A DNA stretch of 64,000 nt, from NCBI GenBank assembly GCA_964016885.1, contig OZ024740.1:222332001-222396000 (forward strand), in the 5' to 3' direction. Positions 53,874 to 64,000 of the stretch are shown in pieces. This DNA comes from Eledone cirrhosa. Lineage: Eukaryota. Position numbers and translations under genes: made by a program. Position 1 is the first letter of the stretch. Every line of letters starts with the position of its first letter. The notes below the pieces were generated by a model. The model was not told where the DNA came from and did no database searches. It saw only the letters and a program-made list of their open reading frames with translations.

Positions 53874-54615
53874 TATATATATTTATATATATATATATAT
53901 ATATAAAGAGAGAGAGAGAGACTGAGAGACAGACAAAAAAGAATGCCATGATTTGAAACCCAACTACTTCAAAATTATGATATTTGGTTTTCAGTACTCA
54001 TATGTTCTTTTTTTGCTTTAAAAGCAAGTCTAAACATATATTCTCTGATCTGAGTGCAAATCCCACTGAGGTTAACTTGAACTTGTGTTATTCAGAGGTT
54101 GATGAAATAAATAACAGAAACATAATTTTCCTTGAAACAATTGGCTTTGTGTTTACTCGACAGAAATCAATACAATTTACCAACAGTTAGTTGGATAATA
54201 ATCTCTAATTCAATTTTTTATAATGTATTTGGTGCTAATTAAATTTATTTTGTCAGTTATTTTACTTGATTACTCTAAGGAATAGTTTCTTCAATTTGTA
54301 AAATGTCTTTTTACAATAAGTTAAGTTATTTATAACAAATATTTGCTCAAAAATCCATTTGCAATATTCTATGATATGGTCAGCAGTTTCCAAACACCTC
54401 AGTATCTAAAGCAAACTCAACTTGAGAAAACTTTCTACTGATATAGCAGTGTTCTATAACTTCTTCACAAAACTACAAAACTTCTTTATCAAATTGCTCT
54501 TGGGGAAAAAATTGGGGAAAAAATACGCAAGCAAACTGAATTTTAGATAAAGTAATTTGAAGTCACATGTTATTTGGAGCTCAATTCATGTTTTAAATGT
54601 GATAACTTTCTACAG

Positions 54616-54672
54616 AATGCTATACCTACCTGCTAGGCATTATATCGAATAATAATTTCTCATGTCCTACAG
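54616..54672 (+). other. Candidate 57-nt phase 1-1 coding exon
   Basis: CTTTCTACAG|...CCTACAG|GTACAT; only open frame reads (E)CYTYLLGIISNNNFSCPT(G); no homology recognised. Confidence 0.25.
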
Positions 54673-56796
54673 GTACATAGCACTTTGTTTTAATATGCCA
54701 GTATGACCTTTTTGCATTTGCAAGCAAGATAGCAACACCTATACATTAACTTAGAAAAATTAAATCATAATCGCATACTATACTTTGTAACATTGTTGCA
54801 GAGACGTGCAATAGCTGCAATTTTTCAAATAAAACTTATTCTTCCCTATGGTATGGTGTCTAATATAGCAAAGAATAAGAATTGACAGAAATTCAATTTC
54901 ATATGGCTGAACAATTTACAATGATTCAAGATTTTTTCTTACTCCAACTCACTTAAAAAATAAATGGTTATACTATAGTAAATTTATTAATACTAACATA
55001 TATCTATAAAATAAATTTTATTATTGAAGCTAATGTTCCTGGAATATGTATTTCCTATTTGATATAATAATAATATGGAAAGGAACGGGTATTTCCTATG
55101 AAGTAGAATGGTTCCATTAGCTAGAAATGTCTCTGTCTTCCATAACTGCTGGCAATGGTTATTGTGAAGTTTCAATATATTCATTTTATTATATTCTGTA
55201 ACTGACAATTACAAAAGTTAATCTGAGATAAACTTCATTAAATATATGAAGATTTGTAGTTTAATGGAATAGTTAATAAAGTAGTCAATTCTTAATTATT
55301 CCAAATTGTCAGTCCAGATATTTCATTTAAATTCTTGGCTTTGGAACATTTGATAGTACATTTCATTCTATACTATCATTGTTTTCAGTAATTTAGCTGA
55401 GGCCATGCTGGGGCAAATCTTTCAATGTTTTAGTCTATCCTATCAACTCTAGCATATATTTCACTCTGATGTTTATTTTATCAATCTCTGTTTGTCAAAA
55501 TGTTACGTTTCACACGCACACATATGATTCTGTAAAGATGTAACAACTGATTGGAGCCACTATAACTTTGAAAAGACGCTTTAACCTTGTTGGTGACTTA
55601 GCAAACACTCTGGTGTTGATGCTACAATAAAATACATCCTGCTCTTTCTGTACAGTGTCAATACTGAAGTTATAATAAAATGCACCTACACCATTTTGTA
55701 AAGTGAGGGTGCTGATACCCTGATAAAATTCATTCACTACACTGTGTAAAGTGCTTGATGTTAGAATAGGCAATGAGTCATAGAAATCTTGGCTAAAGTG
55801 GAATATATATGCGAGATGAGATTCTCCAACGTTTCCAATTTCCAAATTTGATGACCCAATAAACACATACCCACATGGAAAGAAGACAGAAAATGATAAT
55901 GATAATAAGGATGATAAAGTAGACGATACAACATGGATCTGTACAGACTAACAAATTCCAATCAAAAGGTATCAATCAATTTGAGCCTAGAGCAGAAGAT
56001 ACTTGCCCAAGCTACCATACACTAGGATATAAAATTCCTTATTTTTATTCAACACTTATCTCTCTACTATTGAAATGTATGAACTACAGATTTATGTAAA
56101 ATTATTGAATTTATCACTATTGATCTAAAATGACACAGGATTGATTTGACTGGTGATTTACTTGTACTTCAGAAGACTAATCATCTCATGGGAATGAAAT
56201 GAGTTTGAGGAGGATGGTAGTGAAGAGGCAGAAAGTAGTAACATCTAGCTCTACCCAGGTAATATGCTCATTCATACCTCTGATTCCTCTTCCTCATTCA
56301 ACCCATGCTAGCATGGAAATATGGATGTACCCCACAATATGTAATACAAGATTTCACTCACTCTCTTCAGTGCCACCATATGACCCAATGCATACTTTTC
56401 TCCTTCATCACTTAATATCAGATGACTCCCACCCTCGGCAAGTAGTATGAAGATTGCATGCCACCTTTAATCCTACACCCTTACTTCCATCATTGCTTTT
56501 CCTAGCCTGGCCAAAGACACAACAAACATCCTAATGTTGTAAATTAGTAGAGTTAGTGTCACAATATTTTGTAAATCTGTAGTGTTAGTAGCATGGTAAA
56601 AAAGACCCAATACACTCTGTAAAGTAGTTGGCATTAGGAAGAGCATCTAGCTGTACAATCCATGCTGGAATGGAATGCATGAACAGGCTGTGGTGATCAT
56701 CAATCCATCTATGTCATGCAAGCAGAGAAAATATATGTAAACTTGTGATGACTATGATCACAAACACACACACACACATGTATATATATATATATA

Positions 56797-57172
56797 ATAT
56801 AAAATCAAAAAAATGGTTAAAAGAGTTCCATGTATTTTATTATGCGCATTTCAAAAACAAATATCATCATGGGATGATATTTGCGTTCTCATCAGATAAA
56901 ATAGGGAGACATGATATGAAGCTTAAAAAACATATGTTGATTTAACACTTCACTGCTCGCAAGTGTTTTTTTAAGCTTCATATCATGTCTCCCTATGAGA
57001 GAACGCAAATATCATCCCATGATGATATTTGTTTTTGAAATGCGCATAATAAAATACATGGAACTCTTTTAACCATCTTTTGATTTTATATATACTCCAG
57101 TCCTATAAACTGTTGAGTGCTACTTATCCGATATTTGCATTGCTTTATTGTGCTACAATAAAACTCACCTCC
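56797..57172 (+). mobile_element. Hairpin-plus-tail mini-element in (TA)n (family H2, copy 2)
   Basis: Arms about 56797-56930 and 56966-57092; tail ends ATAAAACTCACCTCCT, the reverse complement of the 9895 terminus. Confidence 0.9.
56833..56903 (-). ncRNA. Type I hammerhead ribozyme, intact core
   Basis: tattttat-CTGATGA-gaacgcaaatatcatc ccat gatgatatttgttttt-GAAA-tgcgca-TA-ataaaata; the mirror copy has lost CTGATGA. Confidence 0.85.
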
Positions 57173-57257
57173 TATATATATATATATCATTTACTCTTTT
57201 ACCTGTTCCAGCCATCCGGCTGAGGCCATACTGGGGCACCACCCTTTATATATATAT

Positions 57258-57518
57258 CCAGGGAGTGTAATGTGAAGTTACTGTAGGTTCACCAAGGTGA
57301 GCGCTCGATGTTTAGATTCACGTCAGTAGCGAGGTGTAGAGTTAAACAGAGTGTAAATATAATAATACAAGGTCGATTTGTTAAGCCTTCATTACGTTTA
57401 TTGATTGGTGATGCATGTTTCGCTATTGTTTAGCTCAAGGTTTGATCTATATCGATCTGACCCAACTCTGGAATCAAAAGCTCGTTGGACCTCTGCTGTT
57501 GTAATGACAGAATGACAT
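57258..57518 (-). mobile_element. PLE-like short insert in (TA)n with degenerate hammerhead
   Basis: Minus strand: CT--TGA-gcta aacaa tagc-GAAA-catgca-TC at about 57409-57440. Confidence 0.45.
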
Positions 57519-57534
57519 ATATATATATGTATAT

Positions 57535-57883
57535 CAATAGAGACACACAAAGCAGGCTTTGTTTAGAAATGGCTAGCGGATTTGAGAACTAGGTAGTAAC
57601 ATGTGTTTATGCTGTATTTGACTAAATAGAATTAGTCTGTTAGTTGGGATTAAAATAAACCCCTCTGAATGGAAGAAAGGATGAGTATTGATGTACCTAG
57701 GACATGAACCCACATCTTTGGTTTGCCAGTTGTTGGTGTAGTGGTAACACATTGATCTGGCAAACTAAAGATGTGTGTTCGTGTCCCATGTATGTCAATA
57801 CTCATCCTTTTTTCCACTCAGAGGTTTTTTTTCAAATCCTAACTAACAGACTAATTTGTTTAGTCTAGGCATATGTTACTACC
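57535..57883. mobile_element. Hairpin-plus-tail element with tRNA-like head (family H5)
   Basis: Arms 57592-57729 and 57757-57883; tail 57535-57591; TGGTGTAGTGG (57734) and GTTCGTGTCC (57777) resemble A and B boxes. Confidence 0.7.
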
Positions 57884-57949
57884 GAATATATAAATATATA
57901 TATATATATACATACGTAGACATATACATAATATACATATATATACATG

Positions 57950-58370
57950 ATAAAAGCCGACCTTACCCAACTACACCTCTCAAAGTCAATGACACACGAC
58001 CGTGACCTCTGGCGTCACGCAGTAATACAGGGTACCCGACCTCCCATGGGTACATGCTGAAGCATATAAACAATATGCCCCCCCCCCCCCACCGCAAGGT
58101 GGTCGTGGAGGTGCCACGGCAAAAAAGCACCCAGCCCACACTGTAAAGTGGACGTGTAGGCGCCACGAAAAAGCACCCAGCACTCACTGTAAATGAGGTT
58201 GGTGTTAGGAAGGGCATCCAGCTGTAGAAATCAAGCCAGATCAGTTCCTGTATGAGCAAGGCATGGTCAGCCGACCAGACACTGCCCACAACAGGACAAC
58301 CCGTCTAACCCATGCTAGCGTGGAAGAACGGACGTAAAACGGTGATGATGATGATGATGATGATGATGAT
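57950..58370 (+). mobile_element. RTE lineage B 3' end with long UTR
   Basis: Homologous to 51970-52570; GTGTTAGGAAGGGCATCCAGCTGTAGAAA...AACGGACGTAAAAC(GAT)n. Confidence 0.85.
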
Positions 58371-58410
58371 ATATATTAGCAATAACTTTAAGACTGTGTT
58401 AAGCATATAG

Positions 58411-58453
<43 letters not shown>

Positions 58454-58456
<3 letters not shown>

Positions 58457-59792
58457 TGGGAAGAGTACAACAGATGCCGTCTTCTTGGTGAGACAATTGC
58501 AAGAGAGGTTCTTAGAGAAAAATAAGCCACTATACTTAGCCTTTGTTGACCTAGAGAAGGCATTTGATAGTGTACCCCAATCTGTCATCTGGTAGTCCCT
58601 AAGGAAGCTAGGTGTTGAGGAATGGCTTGTGAGGACAGTGAAAACTTTGTACAGAGGTACTCTCAGTAAAGTCAGAGTAGGAATGGAGTTTAGTGAGGAA
58701 TTCCAGATACAAGTAGAAGTACATCAAGGTTCGGTCCTCAGCCCGCTCTTGTTCATTATAGTCCTCCAAGCCATAACAGGGGAGTTTAAGACTGGCTGTC
58801 AATGTGAACTTCTCTATGCTGACGATCTGGTTCTTATAGCAGAATCAGTAGAGGAGCTAGAGAATAAATTCTGGCTATGGAAACAGCAGTTGGAAGCAAG
58901 AGGACTGAGAGTGAACCTAGCTAAGACAAAAGTGTTGATGAATAGAAAAGAGGACAAAACCCTGATTCCATCAGGGAAATGGCCATGTTCGATATGCAGA
59001 AAAGGAACTGGCATAAATTCTATAAAATGCACACAATGCAGATTCTGGGTACACAAGAGATGTAGCGGGATAGCAGGCAAACTAACAGGTAGGAAGAAAT
59101 ATGTAGGCAGTAGATGTACAGGTAAATTAGACAGTAGAAGTCGCATTGATAGACACATTTTTTCAGATGCAGGAGGGCGCTATAGAAGTGGTTGTTAGCT
59201 TCCGGTACCTAGGAGATCAGATTAGAATCAGAGGAGGGTGTTCCGAGGCCATAGTATCTAGAATAAGGACGGATTGGAAGACGTTTAGGGAGCTGCATCC
59301 TCTGTTGACGAATAAGGGTTTCTCCATGCATACGAAAGGCCGGTTGAGGAGCGCGATGCTGCATGGTAGTGAGACATGGGCAGCAACTGCAGAGGATATG
59401 CGATGGCTGGAGAGAAATGAGGCAAGCATGCTCTGTTGGATGTGCAGTGTAAATGTGCGTGAATGACCCAGCATAAATGTGTTGAGAGAGAAACTGTGTC
59501 TGAGATGGATAGAATGTAGTATACGGGAGAGGAGACTGAGGTGGTATGGACATGTGATGCGCATGGAGGATGAGCGATGGGTGAAGAAGTGCCAGGAAAT
59601 GCCAGTTGAAGGAAGACGTGGTAGAGGTAGACCACGAAAAACATGGGCGGAGGTGATGAGAACAGACCTCAGATCATTGAAGCTCACGGTGGAGATGACG
59701 AAGGACCGTGACGAGTGGAGAGATGCTGTGCTGAATAAGACCCGTCCCACCCTTGCAAGCAGGGAAAAGCGGACGTAAAATGATGATGATGA

Positions 59793-59795
<3 letters not shown>
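58454..59795 (+). mobile_element. RTE LINE (lineage B-related), 5'-truncated RT with Cys/His-rich insert
   Basis: AFVDLEKAFDSVP, HQGSVLSPLLF, LLYADDLVL, CSICRKGTGINSIKCTQCRFWVHKRC, RRLRWYGHVMRM, GRGRPRKTW; stops and frameshifts; (GAT)n tail. Confidence 0.95.
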
Positions 59796-59855
<60 letters not shown>

Positions 59856-60311
59856 CATACATGGGTGTGTGTATGTATGTAAAAGGTAAACAGAAATAAC
59901 AAATTAATGGCACAGTACATGGAATAAATATATATGTATGTATGAATATATATATATATATATATATAATATATTTAGAAACACACAGATACACGCGGAC
60001 ACACACATATATACATGAATGCATCCGCACCCAACTGTGAGTTAAGGGTGCCAACTTCACCGATGTTGCTCAATGAATGACTGGGACAGACCAATTCAGT
60101 TGAACTAGACTGAACCAGTATCAGAGTTAAAAATACTCTTCTGCGGCCTCGATATGAATACCCCCTCCGCCTCCGTGGTATTTTCTTCGGGGTTATAAGA
60201 GGCTTAGCTCTGTTTCTCGACCGTTATATCGCGTGACTATCTCCCCCTCCGCCTTTTGGGATTCTTTCTCACGTCGTGTAGACGCGTTCTTGAGACTAGT
60301 AAAATGAGGTA

Positions 60312-60401
60312 TCCTCTTGATAAGTCGGCAGACCTCGCAGGGACTCTATGTCTTTATGATATATTGTTTTTGTTTATGCCACGAAACTACGTAGTCGAGG
60401 A
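60312..60401 (+). ncRNA. Type I hammerhead ribozyme, U3-A8 core variant with long stem II (element about 60015-60470)
   Basis: tcctc-TTGATAA-gtcggca...tgccac-GAAA-ctacgtag-TC-gagga; 5-bp stem I, palindromic stem III, GUC cleavage triplet. Confidence 0.85.
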
Positions 60402-60492
60402 ATTTAGGAGCAGTTTAGGTATGATACATATTATTACTAATTATATCTAAATGTTTCTTCTCTCTTCATAATGTATATATATATATATATAT

Positions 60493-60700
60493 AGAAGTAG
60501 TAACACAACAGTTAGTTCACCATACTGAGAACAATTGTTTCAGCTTATGCGGATCTTCAGTCCGAGCTGAAGATCCGCATAAGGTGAAGCAATTGTTCTC
60601 AGTATGGTGAATTAACTGTTGTGTTACTACTTCTCCCAAACTCGCCCCATGGACTGAGTGCTCTACCACTACAGATATTACCTTCCAGTGTTCTATCTTT
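60493..60700 (+). mobile_element. Hairpin-plus-tail mini-element with minimal hammerhead (family H6)
   Basis: Arms 60493-60560 and 60567-60634; gag-CTGAAGA-tccgcataaggt-GAAG-caattg-TT-ctc (the mirror arm keeps GAAA); tail 60635-60700. Confidence 0.85.
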
Positions 60701-61634
60701 ATATATATATATATATATATGTATGTATAATGTATGCTTCCCACATTGGCATATACATGCTTACATATATATACACATTACACTTAGCAAACTTACATAA
60801 AGAATTAATTTAGCAATCAAATTTATGATAAAACTAGTGCTTTCAAGTTTATCCTTTGATTATATTTGGCTACTTGTGATGGACTATAAAATTAAAATCT
60901 AAATATCGAGGGAAACTGCATAAAGTGCAACTAAATTACTCTTTTTGCTGCAGAAAATATAGCATATTAGAATATAAAATTCAAATAGAAAATATAATGA
61001 AAGCAATATCTAAGTAGAAAGAATGTATTGACTGTTTAATGGCAGTTAAATTATGTTCCATTAAAAAAAGATAAATCCTAGAGATTGTTACTATGATTAA
61101 CACACTGGAGTATGTGGTGTATGAGATGTTCTGTGGAGTTCACTAGTTTATGAGGGTTTTAGCAATGTTGGTGGCTCTTTCTACTGAAGTATACTTGTGA
61201 ATATGTTGCAAAATTCCAACACCTTAGCCTCCCACAGCAATACCATTAGTTTCTTGTGTTTCTTCAAACGTTATTAGAGGGAGACTTCAGCATCCTCTGT
61301 TGTGGCATGTATTTGAGTGTGCATATCTACTTTTATTTTATTTATTTTGCTGATTAATTTGTTGATTTGCTTATTTTTCAAATCATATTCGTTATATTAA
61401 TCGTGTTTAACCCTTTAACATTTAAACCAGCTGTATCCGGCTAGGATTCTCTCACCTTTTTCTGTTCAAACCAGCCATAACTAGCCATGCATACTAACAT
61501 TAAGGTATCATTCTCAAATAATTAATATCAAAATCTCATGGATTCGATATTATGTGAGATAATTATGCGAGGTAAACCCTTTACCATGAAAATACAATAG
61601 TAAATATAGAGTAAAGTCAATCCTAAAGGGTCAA

Positions 61635-61850
61635 GGGTAGTAAGTTGGCAGTATTTGTAGAGCATTGGGCAACATGCTTTACAGCATATAGTTACATTCC
61701 TTAACATTCTATGTTCAAATCCCACCAAGGTTAACTTTGCCTTTCATCCTTCTGGGATCGATACAATAATTACAGTAATGCACTTGACTTGATTTAATCA
61801 ACTTACCCCATCTCCCAAATTGTTGGCTCTGTGCTTACATCAGCAACCAT
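61635..61850 (+). mobile_element. Older long-variant family 1 SINE, CpG-decayed
   Basis: GTTCAAATCCCACCAAGGTTAACTTTGCCTTTCATCC. Confidence 0.8.
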
Positions 61851-63234
61851 TATATTAAGCGTGTTTAATGACCAATAACAATAGTCATAAGTATAAGCAT
61901 AAATACCTTCATTCATCATCAACATTGGCTAATGATGTTTTTCTCCATGCTTGGCATGTGTTAAGGCTAATCTAGTTAGGTGACCACATCTCACTTATAC
62001 ATTCCATTTTAGGCTTCGTTTCTATGGATGGATGCTAACCTCTTTAGCACATGTACTGGGAACATTTTATTGTGACTCTGGCACTAACATATTACAGTGC
62101 TGACTCAGTGCTTTTCATCAGGGTACCAACACTACCACTTTACTCAGTGCATCTTTATCGTAGCTCCATTACTGGGAAGGCATGGAGAAGTGGTGGAGAG
62201 GGTATCATGCCACCACATGAGAGGAAGCATTGGATCAGGAGAGTAGTCTTGGAATGAGTCAGTTGTGACTGGCAGTATAATAGGGAGGTATGTCTGGCTT
62301 TCCATTCTGTCAAAGGAGTGTATCAGTGCACATAGAACTGGTATTTTTATATTGTTACACACTCCACATATTAAATTTGTATAAAACAATATATATTTTA
62401 ATTTGCTTCAATTAAAAATCCATGTGTTATCTAGTTAATTATATATACACTATATCCCAGCGTACTGTAATAGGTAATTAGAAATATTAACATCAGAAAG
62501 AGCATCTTCATCATCATCATCGTTTAAAATCAATTTTAAATGCTAGCATGGGTTAGATCGGTTGTCCCATTTGAGGCAAGTTGAGTCATGTGACTGTGTC
62601 TTGCTCAGAACTGTTTCTGGCTTGGTGTCTATGTCTGGATGCCCTTCCTAATATCAACCACATTTACAGTGTGTGTGTGCATCTAGATACAGTGTGTGTA
62701 CAATGTATATACGCATGTAACTTGTAAAGCTAACCACTGTATTAGCAGGGGGAAAATGCTGAAAACACATCTGCTATAGTGTTATGCACTACAATTATAA
62801 CTAGCTTTTTTAAACAGAGTATTTTAAAAGCAGCTTGAGATTTCATTTTTTAACTATTTTATACAAAATCTCTTTTTTTTAAGAAAAGAAATTTAATTTT
62901 TAAACATTATTTCCATGCCCTCTTAACTATTCAAGTGGTGTCTATTCTGAGTAAACATTTAGAAAAGTAGAGATTGTTTAGTTAACAATCAGTTGTAACA
63001 TTCATTCATTTATTTCAATAAAATGTTACTAGGCTGAGAAGCCACTCACATAACCATAACAGTACATCTATTGCATTGCTGATGATAAAACAACTTTCAG
63101 ATTACCTACTTCAGTGTAATTATTATCATACTTCATAGTTAAATGTATTTTTTAAAATGTTAGATTCTTTCACAAACACAGTTTCCATCAAGCTAGAGCA
63201 TACCTTGATTTGAGTAGTGTACAATGATTGTAAA

Positions 63235-63460
63235 CGCAGGAGTCCCCTCCCTCCTCAGGACACCAGTCCATTGTGGAGTTGATCACCAGCTGCTGTTACT
63301 GCTACTGGTACACACTTATACACTTCTTTTAACTGGGTGGACAGGAGTAACATTAAATGCAGTGTCCTGCTCAAAAAACATATGCCTAGACCAGGAATTA
63401 AACGTATAACCTTAATGTTGTGAGCCCAACACTGTAACCTCTATAACACATGCCTTTACT
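63235..63460 (-). mobile_element. Old family 2 SINE
   Basis: GTGTCCTGCTCAA...CCAGGAATTAAAC...ACACATGCCTT. Confidence 0.6.
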
Positions 63461-63699
63461 GAAAATTATTCTTGGCAACAATCAATTGAGAAATATCACA
63501 CTCTGTAAGTTCCAAACCAGTCTCTCAAAAGCTTTAAGCCTGAAATAAAACTTAATTCTAAATTGCAATAATTCTTCAATTACTCAGTGTTGTTTCCTTT
63601 ATTCTTTATTTGGGGGAGACAGGCAGTGCCCAAGACACTTTTCTGGGCCTCAAAGACTGATGGAAGGGAGACATGTTACCCTAGATCAGAGATCTGGCC

Positions 63700-64000
63700 C
63701 AAATGTTTGCACCAGATTGGATTGTACTAAAAGCAACTTAGTAGATTGTACTAAATACAATTTTTAAAAGTTCAAATAGTTCAAATAGAAAATACAGGAT
63801 TAAAGCGCCGCACAATAGCAGCTTAAAAATATACAGTGCTACACAGTTTTTTGGTCCAATGAACCCTCCGACCAGAACGGGTCGAAGTCTTTTATCTTGT
63901 TGATTGGGGGACAAAGAAGCAGGTGGGTGTGCGAAAGAAAAAGACGGGGGCGTTTGTGGCTCAGGTGTGATAGCCTCTGTGTCCAAATGTGCTCGTTTGA
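63700..64000 (-). mobile_element. 3' end of a second related Gypsy element (integrase tail and probable LTR start), continuing beyond the window
   Basis: KRAHLDTEAITPEPQTPPSF matches KRAYTDALTPEPHSPPSY at about 34730-34785; TGTAGCAC probable LTR start near 63843. Confidence 0.7.

Noticed and set aside
56172-56258. Exon-like segment with AG/GT boundaries
   Set aside because: Stop codons in all three frames.
57731-57798. Functional tRNA gene
   Set aside because: Acceptor and T arms are degenerate and it sits inside an inverted mobile-like element; treated as a SINE-like head.

Overview
AT-rich, repeat-dense eukaryotic DNA, most likely a cephalopod (Octopus-like) genome; this is inferred from the Deu/Nin-domain and CORE-type tRNA SINEs, RTE LINEs and very long (TA)n arrays. 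I recognise no intact host protein-coding gene, and most ORF-track entries are microsatellite artefacts or decayed transposon frames. The window holds many SINE copies (several with clear TSDs), at least three RTE LINE lineages, a decayed CsRn1-type Ty3/Gypsy internal region plus the end of a second one, pogo and maT transposase remnants, a hAT MITE, and a Penelope-like GIY-YIG fragment with no RT. The most striking signal is a set of seven short non-coding elements from six sequence families, all inserted in (TA)n arrays and all built as a long inverted repeat plus a one-sided tail. Several of these and their neighbours carry type I hammerhead ribozyme motifs, including U3-A8 core variants and structure-preserving changes between copies, so they look like miniature Penelope-mobilised retroelements; one has a tRNA-like head. 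A visible loss of CpG from about 49.3 kb, with candidate small exons, suggests a methylated gene body in the right part of the window. All boundaries and alignments were read by eye.
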